This document shows positions 48,235 to 57,315 of a stretch of 64,000 nucleotides of DNA, in pieces. Under the pieces are notes generated by a model, which worked only from the letters and a program-made list of their open reading frames with translations, had not been told where the DNA came from and did no database searches. The stretch lies in IMG/VR virus record IMGVR_UViG_2617271287_000001, positions 1 to 64,000 of that record, one strand, 5' to 3'. The stretch is from an uncultured virus (IMG/VR IMGVR_UViG_2617271287_000001) (taxonomy: Duplodnaviria > Heunggongvirae > Uroviricota > Caudoviricetes). Within the stretch, counting starts at the first letter, position 1. Each line of letters opens with the position of its first letter. The position numbers and the translations under genes are program-made.

Positions 48235-49980
48235 TCAGGCAGCAGCCTGCTGCTGCTGCTGGTCGACGAGTTGCCCGGCGTCGATCCAGACTGCCTGTAA
48301 CCAGGTCGGCGTCTTCGCCATCGCCTCCTTGAGCGTGCCGGCGACGATCACCGAATCGATTTCCTTGTCCATCGTCACGGCACGCAGCAGTGTCAGGGCC
48401 TGGCTACGACTCGGCAGGTCCAACACATCGAGGCGATCCAGCAGCGCCAGGCGAAGACCGGAGATCGTCGCGATGGCCAGGGCCAGCGTCGCGTCGCACC
48501 GCCAGCGTTCGGACTCGGACAGCAGGCCGTACAGCCGGCCGCCGAACGTGACGTCGATGTCGGCGCTGATCTGTACCGGCGACCAGCCGGCGGTGCCGGA
48601 CAGGCGCTGCAGCAGCTCGTTCACCGGCCCGATCGCATCGGCCAGGATCTCCGCTGGGATGCCCGCGGGCGATAGGGCATCGGCCAAGGTGCTCCAGGCG
48701 CAGACCTCGGCGTGGAAGCCGGCGGCCTGCTTGATGACGTCCTGGCGCTGCGCGGCGGCGTTGAACGCTTCCATCAGCGACTGCACCTTGGCCTGCTGCC
48801 GGTCACGCGCCTGGCGCAGTTCGTTGATCGCCTGTTCGCCGTTGGCGATCGCCTCGGCGCTGGGCGCCTGGGCGGTTTCGGCCTCCAGGGCGGCGGCCTG
48901 CGCGGCGGCGTCCTCGCTCTCCTTCAGGTCCCGTTGGCTGTTGGCGACGGCCCGCTGGGCGCTGGCAAGATAGCCGCGGTATTCCTCCAGGCGTTTCGCC
49001 GCCTCGGGATCGGCAACCTTCGTCGGTGGCTGGTGCGCGACCAACTGGCCGGCCTGCAGGTCCACGGTGCCCTGGCAATGAGGGCAGGTCAGCGGCTGGT
49101 GGGCGGGCTCGCCGCTGGCGGCGGCCTCGGCTGCCATGACCTTCTCCGACCACTCGTCCTGATTGGCCTCGTCGGTGGCCAGCTTGTTGCGCCGCCGGTC
49201 GGCCAGCGCTGCGGTTTCGCGGAGAGCGGTGATGCGGCTGGCGCGGGACTGGGCGTCGGCGTGGGCGCGCTTGCTGGAGCCCAGGGTCTGTTGGGCCTCG
49301 TCCAGGTCTTGGGCGGTGGCTTGCAGTTCCGCGCGCGCCGATTCCAGTTCCTCCTCGCTGACGATGGCCGTCGGCGCCTCCGGCTCCCACCCGTTCGCCT
49401 TGTCGCTGCCGTAGTTCTCGCCGGTGATTGCCTTCCAGGCGCCGCGCGCCTCGCTGGCGTAGTCCTTTGCCTGGCCGACCATGGCGGAGAACCCGGAACG
49501 GAGCAGGGGCTTCACCTTCTCGAACAGCGCCAGGTCGATGCCCTTGGCCTTCAGGCGCTTGCCGACCTCGGCCGGGCTGGCGCTGGCGCCGGTCAGGTCG
49601 AACAGCACCCGGCGGCGATCTTTGGCGTCCAGGGCGGCGAAGCGGCTGGCGTCGAGCACGAACGGCAGAAACGGCGAGTCGGCGAGCTGGGAGCCTTTGC
49701 CGCTGGGCAGCGCGACACCGCAGGCCTGCACCTCGCCGGCCTCGTCCAGCCACTCGACGCGGGCCTCGCCCTTCTTGGCGCCCTCGGTGATCAGTTGGCC
49801 GATATGCTGCTTCTGCGCAACGCGGCCGGGCTTACCTGTGAAGGCGTGGCTGATGGCGTCGAGCAGCGAACTCTTGCCGGCGCCGTTGTGGCCGGCCACC
49901 AGAAGCACTGGCGCAGAAACATCAAGGGCCGCATGACGCAGCCCTTGGAAGTTGGTGATTTCGAGTTTCGTGATGCGCAT
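48235..49980 (-). CDS. SbcC/Rad50-like ATPase
   Basis: GHNGAGKSS, coiled coil with CPHC hook, LSESE signature, LLD. Confidence 0.88.
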   Translation of the reverse strand: MRITKLEITNFQGLRHAALDVSAPVLLVAGHNGAGKSSLLDAISHAFTGKPGRVAQKQHIGQLITEGAKKGEARVEWLDEAGEVQACGVALPSGKGSQLADSPFLPFVLDASRFAALDAKDRRRVLFDLTGASASPAEVGKRLKAKGIDLALFEKVKPLLRSGFSAMVGQAKDYASEARGAWKAITGENYGSDKANGWEPEAPTAIVSEEELESARAELQATAQDLDEAQQTLGSSKRAHADAQSRASRITALRETAALADRRRNKLATDEANQDEWSEKVMAAEAAASGEPAHQPLTCPHCQGTVDLQAGQLVAHQPPTKVADPEAAKRLEEYRGYLASAQRAVANSQRDLKESEDAAAQAAALEAETAQAPSAEAIANGEQAINELRQARDRQQAKVQSLMEAFNAAAQRQDVIKQAAGFHAEVCAWSTLADALSPAGIPAEILADAIGPVNELLQRLSGTAGWSPVQISADIDVTFGGRLYGLLSESERWRCDATLALAIATISGLRLALLDRLDVLDLPSRSQALTLLRAVTMDKEIDSVIVAGTLKEAMAKTPTWLQAVWIDAGQLVDQQQQQAAA

Positions 49981-49983
49981 GGC

Positions 49984-50955
49984 TCACTCCACGGTGATGG
50001 GCTCTTCGGCCGGGGCCTTGGTGGCAACGGCGACGCGGTAGGTGTTGAGGTCGGGCGATTCGCCTTCGGTGGCGAGCGTGATCACACCGTCGTCGAGCAG
50101 CTTCAGGGCGACAGCCAAGGACTCGTCGGTGCTCAGCGCGAAGCGCGACTGCAGCCAGCCCGGGGTGATCTCGTCTTTGCGCAGCACCAGGACGGTGATG
50201 TCGTCGATGGTGTGGCCGCCGTAGGTTGTGGCGCCGGGCTCGGCGGCGCTGCTCAGCGGGTCTTTTTCCGGTTCCGGCGGCGATTGCAGGATCACCTCGC
50301 GCTCGCCGTTGGAGTTCGGTGCCGATACGACCCTGGCCACCTCCATCGCTTCAACGATGCGCGCGGCACGGTTGTAGCCGATCTTCAGGTGCCTCTGGAT
50401 GGAACTGATGGTTGCCTGGCGGGCGTCGCGGACATGTGCGACAGCCTCGAGGTACAACTGATCTTCACTGCCATCGCCCAGCAGCCCCTCTGCGACGTTG
50501 CCAGCGTGCAGCGGCATTTCGTGCTGGTCGCGGTCGGGCCGGACGTCGTCCAGCCCCTCGTCGTAATCGCTCGGTGCCATGACCAGCAAGCACAACTTGC
50601 CGGCGGCGTCGGTCAATTCGTGCTTGTTCGGCTCTGCGCCGTCTACCTTCGCCGTGATCGTCATGGTCTTGGCTTCGACCTTGATCGCTTTCATATCGAC
50701 TGGAACGGAGACTGCGCCGCGGGAAGCAATGATGCTGATGGCCACCCTGGTCACTTCGCTTACGCTTTCCGCTATGCGATCGATCACTTCCTGCTGCTCG
50801 TCTTCCTTCAGCAGGTGGAAGGGCACACGGACACTGCGCAGTTCGGTGACCACCGTGTTGACCAGGTCGCGCTCCAGCAACTCGTGCGCGATGGTGCTTG
50901 GGTAGTAGCCGTGTAGTTTGGCGCGGTCGATGATCTCGCGGTGTTCGGCTTTCAT
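49984..50955 (-). CDS. FtsK gamma-domain-containing phage protein
   Basis: [19 protein letters not shown]; no motor domain. Confidence 0.85.
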   Translation of the reverse strand: MKAEHREIIDRAKLHGYYPSTIAHELLERDLVNTVVTELRSVRVPFHLLKEDEQQEVIDRIAESVSEVTRVAISIIASRGAVSVPVDMKAIKVEAKTMTITAKVDGAEPNKHELTDAAGKLCLLVMAPSDYDEGLDDVRPDRDQHEMPLHAGNVAEGLLGDGSEDQLYLEAVAHVRDARQATISSIQRHLKIGYNRAARIVEAMEVARVVSAPNSNGEREVILQSPPEPEKDPLSSAAEPGATTYGGHTIDDITVLVLRKDEITPGWLQSRFALSTDESLAVALKLLDDGVITLATEGESPDLNTYRVAVATKAPAEEPITVE

Positions 50956-50967
50956 CCGGTGGAGCTC

Positions 50968-51168
50968 CTATTCGTTGGCGATCCGCTCCAACTGCTCGAG
51001 TTGGGCGTCGCTGAGGTAGGTGTGTGCGCCGTAGCGCTGGAAGTTGCTGCGGAGGTCGGCCAGGAACTGCTCGTCCCAGTCCGTAGCGGCGTTGAGCTCA
51101 GCCGCGCCGAGTAGCGCGGCGAACTCCCCGACTTGGCCGTACCGCTCAAGGACAGTGAGGCTGGGCAT
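50968..51168 (-). CDS. Phage hypothetical protein
   Basis: WDEQFLADL...LSDAQLEQL. Confidence 0.7.
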   Translation of the reverse strand: MPSLTVLERYGQVGEFAALLGAAELNAATDWDEQFLADLRSNFQRYGAHTYLSDAQLEQLERIANE

Positions 51169-51174
51169 GGCCGG

Positions 51175-52074
51175 TTACTCGAGATTGAGCCCGTCGTCGC
51201 CGGTGTCGCCGGTGTCCGACTGCTGGCCCGGGGCGGGTTCAGTGATTTCGCCGGTCTCGGTGTTCACGCCGTCCGGGACCTGGTCCTGAGACTGGTCGTC
51301 AACAACGCTGTATTCGCCGGTGAGGATGGACGCGTTGTCCTGGTCCAATCCAGCGTCGGCGCGTTCGTCCAGGGTGACTGCGGTCTGCAACTCGATGCTG
51401 ACCGGCAGGTACTTGAACAGCCGGCGGATGACGGTCTTCTTGGCCATCTCTTCGTAGTGGGTGACCCAAGGCCCGTTTCCGGATGCCTTGCTGGTGGCGC
51501 GTACTTTGTCGACGTCGGCCTTACTCATGACCTCGAATTGCACGCCGCCGTCCTTCAGCTTGGCGACCGCGTAGACGTGGGTCATGACGCCGCGTTCACC
51601 TTCACCCGGAACGTGCTGGACGTCCTCGTCGAGGCCGTAGCGATAGCTGAACTGGTCGTTCTGGTGCACGGTGCGCGCGGTGAGCGAAACGATCTGGCCG
51701 GAGCGCCGGGCAAGGTCAATCATCCCGCGGTAGCCGATGATCAACTGGACGTTCGACAGGCCATCTTTCGCCTTGCCGTTGCCGAACGGCAGCAGGTAGG
51801 CATGGCCGAGAGCGTTACCCGGTTCCAGGCCGAGCTGCGCGCATTGCATCACGGCGCCGAGGAAACTCTCCTGATTGCATTTCGCCAGGGCCGGTACTTT
51901 GCGGATCTCGGTCAGCGCGATGCGCGCGAGTCGGTCGGCGGTCATGTGCTTCGGAAGCGCCAGGGCCATCTGGGCTTTGATCTTCGGGTCAGTCATCAGG
52001 TGGGCCAGCGTTTTCGGCTGACCGTTGTTGGCGACATTGCCGGTCGCGGCGGCTTTCAGGGCGGTTGCGGACAT
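51175..52074 (-). CDS. recT: RecT-family recombinase
   Basis: QLGLEPG..LGHAYLLPF, IGYRG, EMAKKTVIRRLFKYLP. Confidence 0.95.
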   Translation of the reverse strand: MSATALKAAATGNVANNGQPKTLAHLMTDPKIKAQMALALPKHMTADRLARIALTEIRKVPALAKCNQESFLGAVMQCAQLGLEPGNALGHAYLLPFGNGKAKDGLSNVQLIIGYRGMIDLARRSGQIVSLTARTVHQNDQFSYRYGLDEDVQHVPGEGERGVMTHVYAVAKLKDGGVQFEVMSKADVDKVRATSKASGNGPWVTHYEEMAKKTVIRRLFKYLPVSIELQTAVTLDERADAGLDQDNASILTGEYSVVDDQSQDQVPDGVNTETGEITEPAPGQQSDTGDTGDDGLNLE

Positions 52075-52086
52075 GCTGGGCTCCGG

Positions 52087-52995
52087 TTACTTGAGGCGGA
52101 AAACGCGGGATTCGCTGGTCTTCTTGAACTGCTCGAACAGCGCGGGGTGAGCTTCCTTGAAGGCGGATTGGTCGAAGCGGTTGGTGGTCTGGGACTTCCA
52201 CGTCAGTACCGACTTGCCGTTGACCGTGAGTTGGGCGTGGTCCTGCATGAAGAGCTTGATGCGCTCCTCTGCGGACTCGATCTCGTACTCCAGGCCCTTG
52301 GCCTTGGCTTTCAGTTCGCGCAAGCGGTTGAACACCTCCACGACCTTGCCATCGGCCTCGATGCTGGTTCCGGCGTCACGTTCGAACAGCCGGAGCATGT
52401 CGCTGACAGCGGTTGCTTCAGGCGGATCCAGGCGCTGGATGCGTCCCCAGAACTCGACCTCCTTCTCGCGAATCGCCGCGATGGTTTCGTCGTCCCGCTC
52501 GACGCGGTACACGCGGAAGTCGTCGCCGCCGATCAGAACGCCGAAGATGCAGACCTGGCGGCCGGTGACCATCAGGCCGTGCATGGCCTGGGCGGTGTAG
52601 TGGACTGGAATGGCATCGGTCTGAACCTCACCCCATTCTTTCGCCTTGAAGGGGCTGACCGTCTTGATCTCGATGTTTTCGCCGCTGGCGGCCTCGGCGT
52701 CGATCTCGGCGGCCATGAAATCGTGCTGCTGGTCGCGGTAGCGGTTACCGCGGCCGACGATCTTCAGGCCGGTCTCTTCGGCCAGCAGGTCGATGACGTA
52801 GGGCTCCATCCGCTGGCCACGGGTGAAAATCTTCTGCTTCGCCGGGTCGACGGGACCGGTGCGCGGCTGGACCTTATCTAGGTACACGTCCAACGGAGTG
52901 CGCCAGGGACTGATGCCGAGGATGCCGGCGACATCGCTGCCGCCAAGGTACTTGGTGCGGTCGAGCGCGCCGACCGATGCGAGAGCTGCAGTCAT
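52087..52995 (-). CDS. YqaJ-like (lambda exonuclease family) nuclease
   Basis: LGGSD, EIKT, Y.AQ. Confidence 0.92.
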   Translation of the reverse strand: MTAALASVGALDRTKYLGGSDVAGILGISPWRTPLDVYLDKVQPRTGPVDPAKQKIFTRGQRMEPYVIDLLAEETGLKIVGRGNRYRDQQHDFMAAEIDAEAASGENIEIKTVSPFKAKEWGEVQTDAIPVHYTAQAMHGLMVTGRQVCIFGVLIGGDDFRVYRVERDDETIAAIREKEVEFWGRIQRLDPPEATAVSDMLRLFERDAGTSIEADGKVVEVFNRLRELKAKAKGLEYEIESAEERIKLFMQDHAQLTVNGKSVLTWKSQTTNRFDQSAFKEAHPALFEQFKKTSESRVFRLK

Positions 52996-53005
52996 GGGGC
53001 TGGTC

Positions 53006-53215
53006 TCATTTCAGGGTGAGGGTGGTTGTCGCGTGAAGGCGGGAGCTGCGCCGGAAGCGCAGAACGCAGAGGTCGCCGCATATGTCGGTGAAGAACGGGT
53101 TGTTGTAGCCGTGACGGTTGGCCAACTCGACGGCCTGGCGGATGCTCTTTCCGGCAAACTCTTCGATATCGTCGAGTTGGTCGTCGATGATCGAGCGAAC
53201 GGGGCGGGTGGTCAT
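53006..53215 (-). CDS. Phage hypothetical protein
   Basis: MTTRPVRSII; coupled. Confidence 0.65.
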   Translation of the reverse strand: MTTRPVRSIIDDQLDDIEEFAGKSIRQAVELANRHGYNNPFFTDICGDLCVLRFRRSSRLHATTTLTLK

Positions 53216-53433
53216 AGGTCGATGCTCCTCAGTTCCTGCTGTCTCGCATCCGCTGCGGCGTCGAGCCGGCGGCGCATGTCGTCGTATTGCCGGGTGCCGA
53301 TGGCGTCCAGCGTGTAGGCCATCTCGATCTGGCCGTGCCATACCAACTGGTCGTGGCGCGGGATCACCGAACGACGCATTGCGACGATCGCTTCCTCGAT
53401 CACGCCCTCGGCGCGCTCATTCGCCCATGCCAT
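53212..53433 (-). CDS. Phage hypothetical protein
   Basis: GGAGGA RBS; MAWANERAE. Confidence 0.65.
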   Translation of the reverse strand: MAWANERAEGVIEEAIVAMRRSVIPRHDQLVWHGQIEMAYTLDAIGTRQYDDMRRRLDAAADARQQELRSIDL

Positions 53434-53569
53434 CTTCGTCCTCCTGCTCTTCGTCCTCGTGCTCTGGTTCCGGGTCCGGCTGGTCCCAGAGCGGGTCGAC
53501 GGCACGGTCGTAAGCGAGTTGCGCGTTGCTGAAAGCCGCGCGGTTGCGGCGCTCGCGGTATGTCCACAT
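53417..53569 (-). CDS. 50-aa peptide with basic N-terminus and acidic tail (not in ORF track)
   Basis: GGAGAG RBS; MWTYRERRNRAAFSNAQLAYDRAVDPLWDQPDPEPEHEDEEQEDEDGMGE. Confidence 0.65.
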   Translation of the reverse strand: MWTYRERRNRAAFSNAQLAYDRAVDPLWDQPDPEPEHEDEEQEDEDGMGE

Positions 53570-53668
53570 CGGGATGCTCTCCGTGGTTCACCTGCATTCG
53601 GCAGCACCCAGGCACACGGCAGTCGTGCCCGGTGGGGCGCCGTGGTGGGTGCTCTCGAATGGAGGTTG

Positions 53669-53692
53669 AAAAAAGCCCGGCCGGAGCCGGGC
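53669..53692 (-). terminator. Intrinsic terminator
   Basis: GCCCGGC-tccg-GCCGGGC followed by T6 on minus. Confidence 0.75.
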
Positions 53693-54068
53693 GAAGAGGG
53701 GGAACGCTGCATGCGCAGCGGGGAGTGATCGGCGCGTGGGCGTCCCCTCTGGCTCCGTCCGCGCCACCAGCCGGCGGCGTTGCTCGTTGGCTCGCCTGCT
53801 TACGAGGCAGGTGCCTGACTCGGCTGCCGATCACTCTCCGCTGCGCCCTGGCCGCGCCAGGAGCAGGAAAGAGAAGGGCGCCGCCAAGCGCCCTGTTTCC
53901 ACTTACATGCACCGCCCTATGTGAAAGCGGTTGGGTACAGGCTCGACCGCATGTTGGCGATCTGCCCTTGGGGCTGGGCTACATGTCGAGATCCTCCGTT
54001 GTGCGCGCCGTTGGACCGGCGGGCGCTCGCCGTGGGTTAAACGCCCGGCAATGGGCCAGGCGCCGAAG

Positions 54069-54440
54069 TCAGGAGATCGCGGTGCAGGCCCGCAACGCCA
54101 CCGGCGCCGACTGGCCTTCGATCCAGATAACCGCCGCCCCGCCAAGCGACACGCTGGCTCGGCCGACGGTGCGGGTGCGCTGCGGTTCGGCCCCCCGGTA
54201 CGGCCGGTACTCGATCAGCGCTGGCGCTGGGTGCTCTCGGTTCCAGGCCTCGACCAACTCCGCCGGCGGCACAGGGCGGACGTTGCCGATCTGCTGGTAG
54301 ATCTCGGAGCGGTGGATGGCGACGTCGTCCGGGGCGGTGATGCCGAGGCGCACCTGGTCGCCTTGGCTGCCGAGGACAGTGACGGTGATGTTGTCGCCGA
54401 TATGCAGGGTTTCGCCGGGGCGGCGGGTCAAGATCAACAT
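54069..54440 (-). CDS. CsrA/RsmA-family protein with extra C-terminal domain
   Basis: [18 protein letters not shown]...[19 protein letters not shown] plus about 70 extra aa. Confidence 0.92.
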   Translation of the reverse strand: MLILTRRPGETLHIGDNITVTVLGSQGDQVRLGITAPDDVAIHRSEIYQQIGNVRPVPPAELVEAWNREHPAPALIEYRPYRGAEPQRTRTVGRASVSLGGAAVIWIEGQSAPVALRACTAIS

Positions 54441-54670
54441 GGCGTAACTCCGTTCGAGGGATTTCGAGAGCAACCGATCTATCTCGGTTCGCAGTGGTAG
54501 AGGGCGGTCGCCCGCATTGGAAACTGCAAGCGGGAGGGGGAAAGGGATTTATTTCAAATGAGAATTATGCTGCTGGTTTTTTGTTCTATGGGTGGTCTTG
54601 AGTATGACTACAATGAATCCCTGAGTTGGTGCGCATATATTGATGCAAACACAACAGGGAGGTTGTCGAT

Positions 54671-55255
54671 ATGGCGATTAGCTTCGAGCCGCTCGATGTT
54701 GAGGGCGTTGATTTTCGTGGGGTTGATGTTGTCGCTTATAAAGCACGGAAAGGTCGTGGAAGGTCGGGGGATATTGGTTTGGGAAAATGCTTTGGCGCAA
54801 TAAGGTTGCTTGACAATAACAATGCTCGAATTGGAAAAGACCATAAGGCTTCAAGCACCCCTGCTGGATCAGCGGGGCTCCACAGCGAGCGGGTTGCCTT
54901 GGAGCGGTGCGTTAGGGCCAACTGGGAGCCTCCGCTTACCAACATAATGATACTTGGCATGCAGAATTCTCCTGGCCCTATCGGAAAAGAACTCTATGCA
55001 CGGGGAGTCCGAACAATTATATGCTTTACGGAGCTCCCACCTTGTCCAGCCTGTTTGACGTGGTGGAAGGCGCTTGATAGTAAGTTTCACCCTGGTTCTA
55101 TCAGATTGCAGTACTTTGGTTGGTTCGAAGACTACTATGGAGGCAAGACGCCAGAGGAAAGGATGGTCGATGACTCTGACGGAAATAATAGAAATGAGCA
55201 TGCGATAGAGGCTTTCAAGTCCTATCGAGATTCGTTCGAGGCCCCTACCAGATAG
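54671..55255 (+). CDS. Zn-dependent deaminase-fold protein
   Basis: HSE ... FTELPPCPAC; GGAGG RBS; low GC. Confidence 0.8.
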   Translation: MAISFEPLDVEGVDFRGVDVVAYKARKGRGRSGDIGLGKCFGAIRLLDNNNARIGKDHKASSTPAGSAGLHSERVALERCVRANWEPPLTNIMILGMQNSPGPIGKELYARGVRTIICFTELPPCPACLTWWKALDSKFHPGSIRLQYFGWFEDYYGGKTPEERMVDDSDGNNRNEHAIEAFKSYRDSFEAPTR

Positions 55256-55357
55256 TCCCAAATCAAGCATTGGCAAAACAGAATTTGGGGGCGAACCCGC
55301 TTTCAGCGTGGTCCCACTGCTCGTCTTTGTCGCTGGGGAAGTTGCTGCACGCCACGT

Positions 55358-55570
55358 TCAGGCCGGCTCGCAGTGGGATAAGGCAACGCAACCGGACACG
55401 CCGGCGAGCCAGACGACAGCGGTGTGCCCGCCTAGGATCTGGGCTTCAGTAGTGGTCCGGGTGCGCTTCGGCGCCGCGCCGCGATGGAACCGGTAGTCGA
55501 CCTCGGTGCCGGCGGGGTATGCGGAATTCCAGGCAGCAACGGTCGCCGCCGGGTTGGCGTTTCGCTTCAT
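55358..55570 (-). CDS. 70-aa protein homologous to the C-terminal domain of the CsrA fusion
   Basis: AWN..(Y/H)PA....YR..RGA.P.RTRT shared by both. Confidence 0.8.
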   Translation of the reverse strand: MKRNANPAATVAAWNSAYPAGTEVDYRFHRGAAPKRTRTTTEAQILGGHTAVVWLAGVSGCVALSHCEPA

Positions 55571-55661
55571 CGGGTGTCTCCGGATAGATTGCGGTAAGGC
55601 TGGTGTGCAGTCCCCGGCGAACCGGGGCGGTGTTGATCAGCAGGGCCGCATCAGTAGTGAT

Positions 55662-55847
55662 TCAGTTGTCCCATTCCGGACGCTCGCCGAGGCGACGCTT
55701 CTTTTCGGCGTTGAAGGCTTCGGCGATATCGAATGCGCACTCCACAAGCTCCTGAGGGTTGTTTGCGAGTTGGCAGTCACCAGCCAGGAGGCCAGCCAAC
55801 GCCACGTTTGCAGTTGCTTCCATCTCGTCGTACTCGTTACGCGTCAT
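55662..55847 (-). CDS. First gene of the leftward operon, 61 aa
   Basis: GGAGG RBS; MTRNEYDEM. Confidence 0.7.
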   Translation of the reverse strand: MTRNEYDEMEATANVALAGLLAGDCQLANNPQELVECAFDIAEAFNAEKKRRLGERPEWDN

Positions 55848-56200
55848 TGTTGTTGCCCTCCAGGGCGTGTTGACTTCCCGTCTGGCCCTCGGTGGAGGGC
55901 CAGCCAGTGAAATCGGTGTTTCTCCCGCGTTCGCCTGCTGGGCTTCTACAACCCGCGGGTGGTGCTCATTGCTGTCATTCCCCTGACTGCGGCGCCGATT
56001 GCCGCACGGCACAGCCAGGTTCCTGCCCATTACCGCCGGGATGGCGGGGCGCATTGCTTTCCGGGTCATTCGCTCGGTTCGGTCTGGTCCTCGTCCGCCG
56101 CAGGTTCTTCCTGCGTTGCCCAGGCCCGCATTGCCTGAGCGCGGATCGCCGGTCGCCGGTAGAGGCAATGCGATCTGTTGTTGATTTCTTGCTGTCGGGT

Positions 56201-56212
56201 TGTTAAAGAGCG
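56201..56212 (-). promoter_or_regulatory. boxA antitermination element
   Basis: CGCTCTTTAACA on minus, just downstream of oL. Confidence 0.75.
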
Positions 56213-56262
56213 GTCGGCTCGGTGGCCTGGCCGGCGGTGTGTTGCTGGCGTTGAGAGAAAAG

Positions 56263-56301
56263 TAAGCCAATGCCTAATCTTTGTAAATAGCTAATGCCTA
56301 A
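56263..56301. promoter_or_regulatory. oL operators of prophage 2
   Basis: TAAGCCAATGCCTAA and ATAGCTAATGCCTAA; consensus palindrome TTAGGCAnTGCCTAA. Confidence 0.75.
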
Positions 56302-56371
56302 TTTTTAAGTTTGCGCACTAACTATCTATGGGGGAGCGAGGCCGGCTTGCAGATTTTTTCAACAGAAAATA

Positions 56372-56387
56372 CTGTATGAATAAACAG
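56372..56387. promoter_or_regulatory. LexA (SOS) box
   Basis: CTGTATGAATAAACAG, in the context TACTGTATGAATAAACAGTA. Confidence 0.85.
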
Positions 56388-56403
56388 TATTTGGAGGATA
56401 GCT

Positions 56404-56730
56404 GTGCAGAAGAACAACCAAGGGAAAGGGCAGGTCTCGCCAGTGGAGAAGGTGCGCCTACGGGTATCAGCAATGATCAGTAGCCCTCGGGCTCAGGCGG
56501 AGCGTCGGGCGTCAATTTGGAAGGCGCAGGGGGATTCGGAAGAGGCTTGGCAGCAGGTGATGGAGGAGTTGGCCGAAACCGATGGACTCGAGATGTCGTT
56601 GGGGGAGAATGGAGTGGTTACGCTCACCTGGGAGGCGGGAGACGAGGAGGGCGTTGAAGTGGTCGATGGGATTGAACTGGTGCAGGAGCTGGACATGATG
56701 GTACAGCGCCTTCACGAGAAGCGGATCTAG
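56404..56730 (+). CDS. DUF1654-like protein, probably SOS-controlled
   Basis: MISSPRAQ...W..VMEEL.ETDG...VTLTW; GGAGG RBS. Confidence 0.75.
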   Translation: MQKNNQGKGQVSPVEKVRLRVSAMISSPRAQAERRASIWKAQGDSEEAWQQVMEELAETDGLEMSLGENGVVTLTWEAGDEEGVEVVDGIELVQELDMMVQRLHEKRI

Positions 56731-56736
56731 ATTGAA

Positions 56737-56764
56737 GAAAAAGCCCGCGTTCTGCGGGCTTTTT
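56737..56764. terminator. Bidirectional terminator
   Basis: A-run, GCCCGC-gttct-GCGGGC, T-run between convergent genes. Confidence 0.8.
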
Positions 56765-56779
56765 GAGGTGTGGCGTCTT

Positions 56780-57133
56780 TTAACCGAGAGGTGGCGTCAG
56801 TAGGTCATAGGTCATGTTGATGCTGCCATTTCCATTGGCAATAGCCCAAATGCCCTGACCTGGGGGCACGTACAACGGATATTGTATCCCTACTGATGGG
56901 ACGGGGGTGCCGATGAAAATCAAGCGCTTCGTGCTGTCACCGTATTCCGTCGGCGGAGCGGTGTCCGCAAATACCTGTACGCCGATGACGCCCGATGCGG
57001 AGTTTGCAAATAGAGTGCGGATGACCAAACCGTACAAGTTGTTTCCAGGTGCGACTATCTGCACAACAGTAGTGCCCACTGCTCGGTTGGCAAATAGAGT
57101 GCCGATGGGAGTGGGGTTTGCGAATTGTTTCAT
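56780..57133 (-). CDS. Accessory beta-rich protein downstream of the repressor
   Basis: AAGGAGG RBS; lower GC. Confidence 0.75.
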   Translation of the reverse strand: MKQFANPTPIGTLFANRAVGTTVVQIVAPGNNLYGLVIRTLFANSASGVIGVQVFADTAPPTEYGDSTKRLIFIGTPVPSVGIQYPLYVPPGQGIWAIANGNGSINMTYDLLTPPLG

Positions 57134-57315
57134 GTGCCCTCCTTGGAGTCCGTAAGTGGTAGGACCAAGCCGCGCTAGAGTCGAGGCGCGGCCTGTGCCG
57201 GACTGCTGTCTTTCCAGGCCGGCGGAGAGAATCTATCAAGGGTGGGGCGGGACGAAAAGCCCGCGGGTGGGAGGCTTCTACTGATCACCGATTGTATTGA
57301 CTTCCCGTGATCCGT

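Noticed and set aside
53713..53846. Retron msr-msd (long flanking inverted repeats)
   Set aside because: No reverse transcriptase in the window
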